A stretch of DNA of 64,000 nucleotides from a virus. The translations under genes and the position numbers were made by a program. Position 1 is the stretch's first letter, and each line of letters opens with the position of its first letter. The stretch lies in IMG/VR virus record IMGVR_UViG_3300045988_105524, one strand, 5' to 3'. This document shows, one piece after another, positions 56,255 to 64,000 of the stretch. The notes beneath the pieces are model-generated. The model saw only the letters and a list, made by a program, of their open reading frames with translations. It did no database searches and had not been told where the DNA came from.

Positions 56255-57238
56255 TTATTCGCTTATTTTCTTAAATAAGTCTACTTTGTCACTGTAGTTG
56301 TCTTGCAACCAAGTCATAAAGTCACTTTCAAATTTTTCATCTGATTCTTCTATATCTTCATTAGGTAATTCTAATGATACAGCAAGCGCCTTTTTCTTTA
56401 ACTCACTGAATTTTTCATCATCTATTTTATTTACATCACCCGTGTATGTTATTTTATAGATGTTGTTTTTTACTTCAATATCACTTATATCATCAGTAGT
56501 GATTTTCTCTGTATACGGAGTATCTATATGCTGACGAGTAATCTTTTTTGTTAGTGTATCAAACCATATAATTCCAGTATCGCATTTCGTTGCTGTAGGG
56601 TTTATAATTGAACCTACAGAGAATGTCTTAGTCTTACCTACTTTATATTCTTTAAACTCATGTACGTGCCCGATAAACGCTAAGTCAAAATGTTTTATAA
56701 ACTCATCAGAAATATCAAAAGCAATATTAACATTAAACTGATTCATATATGTTTCAGTAGTACCGTGCGCTATGAGTACGTTATATTTCTTTTTATCCAG
56801 TCTCTTTAGTACTTGCTCTTCAAATTCTTTTTTCTGCTCAGTGCTAAAAGTCCAAGGCACAAAATGAAATACTACATCATCATACTGAATGTAGTTTGTA
56901 TCAAAATCAATACAAAAATCAGTTAAAGCTGAAACAGAACTAGTGTTATGCTTAGCTTGTTGTAGATTAAAGTCGTGATTACCTAGAATAATTGAAACAT
57001 CACTACAGTTATCAACTAACGTATCGTACATCTCATTAAATTTATTAATCGCGATTATACTTGGGTTAGGTACGTGAAATACATCACCACAGATAATCAC
57101 TACGTCAGCTTTTTTACACTCTTCTACATACTCATCTAGCTTATCATAAAGAATAGCTTCGTATTTATTTAAGCCATCATCAGTATTTCTGTATAACGTT
57201 TGCCCTATATGTAAATCTGATATAACTGCTACTTTCAA
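56255..57238 (-). CDS. SbcD/Mre11-like DNA repair exonuclease (metallophosphoesterase)
   Basis: ..SDLHIG.., ..CGDVFH.., ..GNHD.., ..GHVH.. motifs; 327 aa. Confidence 0.65.
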   Translation of the reverse strand: MKVAVISDLHIGQTLYRNTDDGLNKYEAILYDKLDEYVEECKKADVVIICGDVFHVPNPSIIAINKFNEMYDTLVDNCSDVSIILGNHDFNLQQAKHNTSSVSALTDFCIDFDTNYIQYDDVVFHFVPWTFSTEQKKEFEEQVLKRLDKKKYNVLIAHGTTETYMNQFNVNIAFDISDEFIKHFDLAFIGHVHEFKEYKVGKTKTFSVGSIINPTATKCDTGIIWFDTLTKKITRQHIDTPYTEKITTDDISDIEVKNNIYKITYTGDVNKIDDEKFSELKKKALAVSLELPNEDIEESDEKFESDFMTWLQDNYSDKVDLFKKISE

Positions 57239-58035
57239 TCTTGTTCTCCTCTTATAATGTTATGCTCACGTAATGCTTTCAGCCATTTTATTTTATGACT
57301 TGCTGTCGCGTTATGCCAGAGAGGTTTCTTTATCTTATACTTGCTGAAATCTACTTTTTCAGGTTTACGTACTTCAATCTGAGTATACTTTGATAAATCA
57401 TTGTTTAGAATGCCTGATTCGTATAAGAAACAGCTTTCAAACCTTTCATCTAAAAAGCCTGAACGATGGCTGCGCTTCTTACTCCAGAAATCTCTTAGAA
57501 ATTCAGAATTGTAGAAATCACATAATCTCTTTTCATATAAATCAAAATCAAAGTCTTTATATAAACGTTGTCCACTCATCGTGTGTGTATATTTCCACTC
57601 TTCATCTGAGAACGGCATAAAAATCTTTTCTAACTCAGGTCTTACAGCGTTAGAGCTTTTATAACTCAAAGTAGATGTAACAAAAGCAGAGTTAGGCAGA
57701 TTAAATACATCTTCTATACCTTCAGATAAAATTACATCTTCTTCAGTAAATAAACCCTCTTTATAATACCAAGGTAATAAGATATTCAAACCCATATGAT
57801 ATGAGTCAACAAAATCATTATCAATAACATCTTTCTTAAACTTATCAACTATAATCTGCCCATCTACTATTTCTGCTGGTATGTTTAATTCTTCTGCTAG
57901 TCTTTTCATCTCATCGACTTTATTGCCAATACGAGATTCATTAACTATTGTATACTTACATTTTAACTCAGGTAGATTTTCAAATTGAGCTTCAAGCTGA
58001 ATAACGTCGTTTGCTAAAATAATAATATTATTCAT
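57235..58035 (-). CDS. hypothetical protein (266 aa)
   Basis: ORF track. Confidence 0.45.
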   Translation of the reverse strand: MNNIIILANDVIQLEAQFENLPELKCKYTIVNESRIGNKVDEMKRLAEELNIPAEIVDGQIIVDKFKKDVIDNDFVDSYHMGLNILLPWYYKEGLFTEEDVILSEGIEDVFNLPNSAFVTSTLSYKSSNAVRPELEKIFMPFSDEEWKYTHTMSGQRLYKDFDFDLYEKRLCDFYNSEFLRDFWSKKRSHRSGFLDERFESCFLYESGILNNDLSKYTQIEVRKPEKVDFSKYKIKKPLWHNATASHKIKWLKALREHNIIRGEQD

Positions 58036-58046
58036 ATACTAAACCT

Positions 58047-58481
58047 CTACTGGAATTCTACATCTTCGCCTAAGTTAAATACATCTTCACCATTAGCGAA
58101 TGCAATTACGTCGTCAAATGTTCTTAGACAATTCTTAGCACTACCTGCTAGCATTACATTCATTACTTTTCTTGGTGAATTATCGAAGAGTATAACTGGA
58201 ATATTATTCGCTAGCGCTACGCCAATCTCAACTAAAACTCCTTTATCAGAAAAGCTAATATCAGCGAATAGCGCTTTACATTGAGTTATACCGTCAATAT
58301 CGCCTTTAAAAATCTCTCTAGCTTTTTCTAGTGTGAGTGGACCACCTGAACCTGTGCCTACGTCATATTTCGGCTCAAACAAAGTAAAGCCTTTGTCTTT
58401 AAGTATTTTTGTAATCGTTTCGTAGTTTTCAATCTCTTTGGAACTCCACCATCCACTTCCAAAGTAAAAATCTTTCTTCAT
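58047..58481 (-). CDS. nucleoside 2-deoxyribosyltransferase-like protein
   Basis: 144 aa; N-terminal ..FYFGSGWWS.. and ..LVEIGVA.. resemble the NDT family fold motifs. Confidence 0.45.
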   Translation of the reverse strand: MKKDFYFGSGWWSSKEIENYETITKILKDKGFTLFEPKYDVGTGSGGPLTLEKAREIFKGDIDGITQCKALFADISFSDKGVLVEIGVALANNIPVILFDNSPRKVMNVMLAGSAKNCLRTFDDVIAFANGEDVFNLGEDVEFQ

Positions 58482-58496
58482 AATTAATCTTCCTCT

Positions 58497-58679
58497 CTAT
58501 TCAAAAACAAGCAAATACTGCTCACTACTGCCAAAATCAATGTAGTAAGCATCATTGCCACATTTATATGTTTTCACTTTTCCTATCTGCTTTGAGATTA
58601 AATAGTCTTTAAACTCTTCAAACGAGTTAAATACTTCTGTACGCAGAACTTCCCTATCTGTGACTAGCTGTACTGTCAT
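58497..58679 (-). CDS. hypothetical protein (60 aa)
   Basis: ORF track; ATGA-coupled to upstream small ORF. Confidence 0.4.
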   Translation of the reverse strand: MTVQLVTDREVLRTEVFNSFEEFKDYLISKQIGKVKTYKCGNDAYYIDFGSSEQYLLVFE

Positions 58680-58831
58680 CGTGATAATATCCTATCTATA
58701 AAAGGTTTAAATACTCCAGCAGGTTGCTTTGTGTCTATTCCTATAAGCGTATCACTAACTCTCATATCAGCTAGATAGAAGAATGTTAGGATAATAGCAC
58801 AACCTACTATGATTGCAATTATTTTCTTCAT
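58678..58831 (-). CDS. small secreted/lipoprotein-like peptide (51 aa)
   Basis: AGGAGAG RBS; MKKIIAIIVGCAII signal-like N-terminus; lies immediately after the IS right-end repeat. Confidence 0.35.
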
Positions 58832-58845
58832 GACTCTCCTTATGA

Positions 58846-58962
58846 CGCTGCGCTAAGCGCATTCCTGGGTAAGCTTAGGTCACTCTCGTCAGTTTAAAAA
58901 CTGGCTACCCTCCAGAGCAAATTTACCAGGCGAGAATACGGTCGTCAACCGCATCTTGTATT
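58846..58962 (-). ncRNA. IS605-family right end / putative omegaRNA scaffold region overlapping the 3' end of tnpB
   Basis: Begins inside the last codons of tnpB (…NTRCG*) as is typical for TnpB omegaRNAs; duplicated at 55768..55890. Confidence 0.4.
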
Positions 58963-60051
58963 AACTAATTCATTTATGCCAACAGTCAAAATATTCACTG
59001 CAGCATTTACGTCTCTATCGTGATGCGTACCACAATCAGGACAAACCCATTCTCTAACATCGAGTGAGTTAACAATCTCCTTGTGCTTAGTACCGCATGA
59101 TGAACATAATGTGCTTGTTGGCTTAAATCTGTTTATTTTATGAAATACTTTTCCATACCACTTACATTTATACTCTAACATGCTTGTAAACATTTACCAG
59201 CTAGCGTCTTGAATAGCATAAGCAAGTCTATGATTTTTACTCATACCTTTTACGTTCAAATCTTCAACAGCAATAAAATCATATTTCGTTACAAGTTGCG
59301 TAGTGAGCTTGTTTAGAGCGTCTTTACGTTTATTCGCAATATGAGTCTTATATTTAGCAACTTTCTTCTTATATGCTTGATAATTACTCGCATTCTCATA
59401 ATCAATACTAACTTTCTTCAACTTGTCTCTCATTTTAGAAAGCTTTCTATCCATAGATGCAATCTTATTACGATTACTCTTAGCATAATTAAAGGGAGGA
59501 ATCTTGATTCCGTTACTTAGCGTGATGAACGACTCTAAACCTAAGTCTATACCAGCATTCTCTCCAGTTTGAGTCTTTTGCGTTACGTATTTTTCAACTG
59601 TCAAAGAAGCGTAAACTTTTCCCGATGGCTCGATGATGACTGTAGCAGACGTAAGCTTTAAAAATTCAGGCATATGTCGAGTTTTAATTTTAACTAGTCC
59701 AATTTTTGGTATTTTTAAGTTTTTATCTTGAATAGCGACTTTCCCATTATTAGATGGCACTCTAAAGCTAATCTGACTATGTCTAGACTTGAATTTCGGA
59801 TAACCATACTTTTGCTTATACTTACCTTTACAACCTTTAAAGAAGTTAGTAAATGCGCGTTGTAAGTCTATTCTAGATTGTTGCAGCGCTACTGCGCTAG
59901 AATCATTTAACCAATCAAATTCTTCTTTCAGAGTTTTTATCTCAGCTTCCATTTCTTTAGTATTCATTAATTTTGAGCTCGACTTGTACAACTCATTTTG
60001 AATAGAAAGAAGATGATTATAAACAAAACGCGAGCAACCAGCGAATTGCAT
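58945..60051 (-). pseudogene. tnpB: IS605-family tnpB (OrfB) interrupted by a single in-frame TAA (59194..59196)
   Basis: Track ORFs 59194..60051 and 58945..59193 are in the same frame separated by one TAA; the C-terminal piece carries CxxC...CxxC Zn-finger and RuvC-III ..DRDVNAAVNI.. Confidence 0.6.
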
Positions 60052-60124
60052 AATTTGTTGTAGTTGTCTTTTATTCGGCTTAATTCTTATTCTGTATTTA
60101 GCTTTTACTAGTTGCGGCGCGGTA

Positions 60125-60243
60125 TCACCTCCTTATATAGTTTTAAATACTGAGTAGTTAGCATCACATAATATGCTTTTAGCAATCGATGTTTCTGCTC
60201 TATTCGCAGCATAAATATTGAAAATCACTCTGTTATTTCTCGC
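60125..60243 (-). pseudogene. duplicated C-terminal gene fragment (…RNNRVIFNIYAANRAETSIAKSILCDANYSVFKTI) in frame after the TAA stop of 60244..60501
   Basis: ~85% nt identity to 60500..60615 (C-terminus of 60511..60966); the TAA aligns with a CAA (Gln) codon in the paralog. Confidence 0.5.
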
Positions 60244-60501
60244 TTATACTGCAGTGCCTAATGTATCTGCAACATGTTTTATAAAATCGAATATCTGTAT
60301 TACTGTAGGCATATTATATCCTAGCGTTGCAAAAATAAAGCAAACTAAGAAATATGCTAACATAATATTCAAGCTGTCTTTGAATGTCCAGCCAAATAAC
60401 TTAAGTACTAATGAAATGCAAAGCATAATCATTAGATTAACTGGAGCAGCTAGAATAAATTGTATAAAATTCTGTACAAATGTAAGTAAGTACTCTGTCA
60501 T
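60244..60501 (-). CDS. small membrane protein (85 aa)
   Basis: Two TM helices. Confidence 0.45.
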   Translation of the reverse strand: MTEYLLTFVQNFIQFILAAPVNLMIMLCISLVLKLFGWTFKDSLNIMLAYFLVCFIFATLGYNMPTVIQIFDFIKHVADTLGTAV

Positions 60502-60510
60502 TGTCTCTCC

Positions 60511-60966
60511 TTAAATTGTTTCAAATACTGAGTAGTTAGCGTCGCCTAGAATAGACTTAGCTATTGATGTTTCAGCTCTATTTGCAGCGTATATATTAAA
60601 AATCACTCTATCATTCTTTGCTTGTACTGCTGTGTATGTTAATTCAGCATTTCTTAATGCTATTTCAGTTTCATCAGCTAGCGTACCTTTAATGATTGCG
60701 TGAATGTTCCATAGTCTATCTTTCTTTTTCTTTTCAATGAGATATTTAGCTAAGTATACTCCAGTAAAATTCGTAATGATTGTTACTATAATTACTACTG
60801 GAAAACTATAATCATTAAGTAGCTTTACTACAACTACATTTACTGTAAAAGATAACGTATTCATAAATGCTGCTTGTAGTTTACTGCCTGATACAGTAGA
60901 AATACTTTTCAATGTAGCTACGATTACGTTAATAAATTGCAATGTAATAAATAATACTATACCCAT
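60511..60966 (-). CDS. membrane protein (151 aa) with soluble C-terminal domain
   Basis: N-terminal hydrophobic segments; C-terminal region duplicated at 60125..60243. Confidence 0.45.
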   Translation of the reverse strand: MGIVLFITLQFINVIVATLKSISTVSGSKLQAAFMNTLSFTVNVVVVKLLNDYSFPVVIIVTIITNFTGVYLAKYLIEKKKKDRLWNIHAIIKGTLADETEIALRNAELTYTAVQAKNDRVIFNIYAANRAETSIAKSILGDANYSVFETI

Positions 60967-60990
60967 ATATGCATCTCCTTTCTATACATA

Positions 60991-61050
60991 CAGAGTATAG
61001 CTCTCAGATATATCTCAGAGACTCCAGAATCGTCTCTCGTAAACTTTTAT
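60991..61050. repeat. B-repeat copy
   Basis: TATAGCTCTCAGATATATCTCAGAGACTCCAGAATCGTCTCTCGTAAAC. Confidence 0.8.
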
Positions 61051-61085
61051 GCTACTTTAATATAATATATCATTTAGCAGTAAAA

Positions 61086-61574
61086 TTAATACTGGAGAGT
61101 AAATCTGAGCATAATTTCAAAAGCAATATCTTCTACAGAAACATCTGTAGTATCAATTATAATATTGCATAATTCTTTATAACCTCTGAATTCTTCTTTA
61201 TCGTGCTCTATTCTCTGTATTCTGTCTGGTATTCTTCTTCTTAATTCTTCTTCTGCGCAAGTTAGTCCTACGACAAAACAATCTTCTCTATACTTGCCTA
61301 GATTTTCTACACCAGCTTTATCAAGAGTTAGCATATCACCCTTTTCAAATTGCTGTAGAGTTATCCAGTAATAATTACCATTGAAATAAGTTTCTGTAAT
61401 TATGTTATTATCTTTTACAAACTCATCTACAAATGTATGACCTGTTTCATTCTCAAATCTCTTAGGTCTAGTAGTATAAGATTGTATAAGAGTTAAGCCA
61501 TAGAGTTCAGTTAACTTATCTGCAACAGTTGATTTGCCTGTGCCGCTAGGACCAATCAATACAATTTTCTTCAT
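61086..61574 (-). CDS. gmk: guanylate kinase
   Basis: ..IGPSGTGKST.. P-loop and ..TTRPKR..E..G..Y.FV.. guanylate kinase signature. Confidence 0.75.
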   Translation of the reverse strand: MKKIVLIGPSGTGKSTVADKLTELYGLTLIQSYTTRPKRFENETGHTFVDEFVKDNNIITETYFNGNYYWITLQQFEKGDMLTLDKAGVENLGKYREDCFVVGLTCAEEELRRRIPDRIQRIEHDKEEFRGYKELCNIIIDTTDVSVEDIAFEIMLRFTLQY

Positions 61575-61580
61575 AGTGTT

Positions 61581-61745
61581 TTAGAAATATGCACTTATCT
61601 CTTTTCGTGCATTTTTCTTTGCTCTCTTTCTATCATATTTCTTGCTTTCGTGAAAACCACTCTTAGGCATCACGTAGTCAGTTGAACGTGCTTTATGCAT
61701 TTTTAAAATCTGTTCTTTTGTTATTGTCATCGTTTGCTTTTTCAT
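61581..61745 (-). CDS. small basic protein (54 aa)
   Basis: AAGAGGTG RBS; Lys/Arg-rich; not in ORF track. Confidence 0.3.
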   Translation of the reverse strand: MKKQTMTITKEQILKMHKARSTDYVMPKSGFHESKKYDRKRAKKNARKEISAYF

Positions 61746-61817
61746 ATTACACCTCTTTTATTTCATTATATCAAACAAAATTGTGTAAGTAAACAAGCAA
61801 TAGAAAAAGATGCTGCA

Positions 61818-62261
61818 TTAAGCAGCATCTTCTGATGAAACAGGTCCAGTGTACTTTGAATTATCACTGAAGGCTAATATAAACAAACCAATAACTGGTA
61901 GTAAAACACAACATAACGCTACAAGGCCTGATTTATGTAGAGTCTTAGAAAATAGATAAGTTGTTATAACTGACGATACGGTCGCTATCGTTCCGAAAAT
62001 GAAATATAAAGCTAGACTCTTGAATACAAAAGCTGAAAGCAATACGCCGATTGATGCAAATAATGGAATAAACATCGTATACCAATTATTAAAAGTATGC
62101 ATTGACATTATGTATGTATTATAAAGAGGCACTATGCTCTTCCATCCTGCAACGTTATACAACCTTGAAAATATGCGCCACATACAAATAATATTACATA
62201 TGCTGAATATACCTAGCATCGTGTAAAACGTGGCATCGTTTACTGTATAAGCATTATACAT
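61818..62261 (-). CDS. polytopic membrane protein (147 aa)
   Basis: Four hydrophobic helices. Confidence 0.45.
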   Translation of the reverse strand: MYNAYTVNDATFYTMLGIFSICNIICMWRIFSRLYNVAGWKSIVPLYNTYIMSMHTFNNWYTMFIPLFASIGVLLSAFVFKSLALYFIFGTIATVSSVITTYLFSKTLHKSGLVALCCVLLPVIGLFILAFSDNSKYTGPVSSEDAA

Positions 62262-62277
62262 TTTAAAGTCTCCTTTT

Positions 62278-62616
62278 TTAATGCAGCATCATAGGTAAAA
62301 TTGCTGCTAGTATAGTTGGCATCATTGGTATGTTCTTTTTATAATACACTGCGCTTGCAAAGAATATGATTAATGCTAGAATAATAGAATGTGTAGTAAA
62401 TAACGCATACGCTACAGGTAGTATGTAAACATATTCAACTTTGTAATTTTTTATACAGCATAAAATAAAAATACAAATACTGATGCTACTTATAGATAAA
62501 GGTAGTGTAAATAACATGCTAAGTAAATTAAATAACACTACTCTTACATCAACTTCCTTTTTAGTTAAATCTTCATATACAAGCAATAAAGCTGTTAGTA
62601 TAAATAAATAAATCAT
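62278..62616 (-). CDS. polytopic membrane protein (112 aa)
   Basis: Three hydrophobic helices. Confidence 0.45.
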   Translation of the reverse strand: MIYLFILTALLLVYEDLTKKEVDVRVVLFNLLSMLFTLPLSISSISICIFILCCIKNYKVEYVYILPVAYALFTTHSIILALIIFFASAVYYKKNIPMMPTILAAILPMMLH

Positions 62617-63578
62617 AGTTCAATCTCTACTGGAATCTTTGCCATATAAATGTTACTATCATTCATTACGTTCTTAAACTTAAGTGCGCGTGGGTTGTTA
62701 AAGAAACCTATGTTTGTAAAGTCATACACTCTCCTCTTTGCGTCTATTTTAGTTTTCTCATCAAATGCAGCTATTTTCTCAGCAAGAATCTTTTCATTTT
62801 CTGCGCTGAAATCTAGCTCTGCCCACTCACTATCCTTAGGAAAACATAACCAACCGCCATTAATCTCAGTCTCTAGATGCTGTTCAAATGCTAGCTTATA
62901 TAAAAGCATAGCAGATAAATAACCATCGAAAGTAACAGCGTTTGCTTTAAACTTACCTGTCTTATAGTCTATTACAAACTGTCCTTCTTTTCTTTTGTCT
63001 AATCTGTCAATTATACAACTTACATCAAATGGTAATGTATAATTTGCAGCAGGTATGATTATATTCTGTCTAATCTTTAACTCAGTTTCACATTCGAAAT
63101 CATCGCTGATTGGCGCTTCATATAAATAATCATTCATGTTTTTATAGTTATTACATAAAAGCTCTACGCCTTCTCTTTCTTTAGTGTCAGCTGGTATGAA
63201 ATCTGTATACTGCTTATGTCTCTCAGGTATTTCTAGCTTATAATAATCTTCCATTGTTTTATGGAAATCATTACCTATATCAATATACTTTGTTACTCCG
63301 CTCTGGTCGAATATAGGTCGTAAAACAGACCAAGCAGGGTTTTCAGTATAACTTGATAAAGTTGAAGGTGACAAATAGTTTCCTGAGAATCTATTCATCA
63401 TAAGCTGTAGAATAAAACCACAACTATCTTTTCTTAAATAACGCTCATTGCCTACTAACAACGATTGTCTTGCTTTCTCTACGTCTTCGAAAAAATCTGA
63501 CATATCGATAGTAGTGTTATTTATCTTTGCTACAAATGTCTTTAAGTATTTCTTTCCATTCTTTTCTATTAATTCCAT
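62613..63578 (-). CDS. PD-(D/E)xK family nuclease (RecB/Cas4/lambda-exonuclease-like)
   Basis: ..FVIDYKTGK.. motif III of RecB-like nucleases; 321 aa. Confidence 0.5.
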   Translation of the reverse strand: MELIEKNGKKYLKTFVAKINNTTIDMSDFFEDVEKARQSLLVGNERYLRKDSCGFILQLMMNRFSGNYLSPSTLSSYTENPAWSVLRPIFDQSGVTKYIDIGNDFHKTMEDYYKLEIPERHKQYTDFIPADTKEREGVELLCNNYKNMNDYLYEAPISDDFECETELKIRQNIIIPAANYTLPFDVSCIIDRLDKRKEGQFVIDYKTGKFKANAVTFDGYLSAMLLYKLAFEQHLETEINGGWLCFPKDSEWAELDFSAENEKILAEKIAAFDEKTKIDAKRRVYDFTNIGFFNNPRALKFKNVMNDSNIYMAKIPVEIEL

Positions 63579-63581
63579 GTA

Positions 63582-64000
63582 TTATCTCTTTTCTATGATG
63601 CCAACAAGTTTGCCATTACGTTTCACTGCGTACAACCCTGCGCATAAATCTCTTATTCTGTCATTCACGTCAACTGTCTGTAAATCTAAGCACTTTGTAA
63701 TCTTACGCTTACCGTAGTGCTTAATACAAGTCGTTGCGTCTACAATGCCTAAGTCTATTCTTGCGTATTTCTTCTTCTGAATTGCATTAACTACGTCTTG
63801 CATTTTATTCTGCGTTAAAGGCAACTTAGTGAAATAATTGCCTACAATATCTTTATCTTGAAGATAAATAATCTTCTGCTCTTCTAAGAACTTAATCTGC
63901 TCTTTTGTGCAAGTAACAAACTTCTTATCATTATGCGAAGCATAGTTTCTAATAATTCTACATACCTTGAGCTTTTCTTTATCTGCTTCTGATAAGCTGT
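63582..64000 (-). CDS. partial ORF continuing beyond window end; possible HEPN-like Rx4-6H motif (RIIRNYASH)
   Basis: Open frame from window edge; track ORF 63582..63824 is its C-terminal part (track start is a TTG). Confidence 0.35.
   Translation of the reverse strand, partial: SLSEADKEKLKVCRIIRNYASHNDKKFVTCTKEQIKFLEEQKIIYLQDKDIVGNYFTKLPLTQNKMQDVVNAIQKKKYARIDLGIVDATTCIKHYGKRKITKCLDLQTVDVNDRIRDLCAGLYAVKRNGKLVGIIEKR

Noticed and set aside
1-64000. CRISPR arrays, rRNA genes, integrase or attachment sites
   Set aside because: No evenly spaced direct repeats with unique spacers were found. No rRNA-like conserved blocks or tyrosine or serine recombinase ORF were seen. The repeats present are interspersed families, not arrays.

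Overview
The window looks like part of a large, AT-rich virulent phage genome, probably from a low-GC host. Essentially every gene is on the minus strand, in short operons. Each operon is bounded by an intrinsic terminator followed directly by a near-perfect sigma70-type promoter (TTTACA-N17-TATAAT, at least 18 copies).

The core genes I can support are a two-subunit type II topoisomerase, a recombination set (RecA/UvsX-like recombinase, RusA resolvase, SbcD/Mre11-like nuclease, a PD-(D/E)xK nuclease) and nucleotide-metabolism genes (ThyX-like, guanylate kinase, a nucleoside deoxyribosyltransferase-like protein, a nicotinamidase-like hydrolase). The NAD-dependent DNA ligase is split into two separately translated halves by a GIY-YIG homing endonuclease.

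There is a clear RNA-repair and tRNA theme. It comprises RtcB, an Rnl2-like RNA ligase, a CCA-adding enzyme encoded as three consecutive ORFs, three metallophosphoesterases and a P-loop kinase. About 27 tRNA or tRNA-like genes sit in five clusters. A ~255-nt structured ncRNA with a tRNA-like T-arm has its own consensus promoter.

The accessory content is unusual. A 27-nt sequence is perfectly conserved seven times, once inside the ligase coding sequence. A palindromic intergenic repeat family occurs about ten times in both orientations. There is an IS605-family tnpB interrupted by an in-frame TAA, and its 3' omegaRNA-like end is present a second time as a solo copy driven by a phage promoter. 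Three Zn-finger plus PD-(D/E)xK homing-endonuclease paralogs sit next to tRNA clusters. There are several tandem paralog families, a flotillin/SPFH plus TelA membrane module, and small hydrophobic ORFs tucked between tRNAs. No CRISPR array or rRNA was found. All coordinates of RNA genes and signals were derived by hand and are approximate to a few nt.
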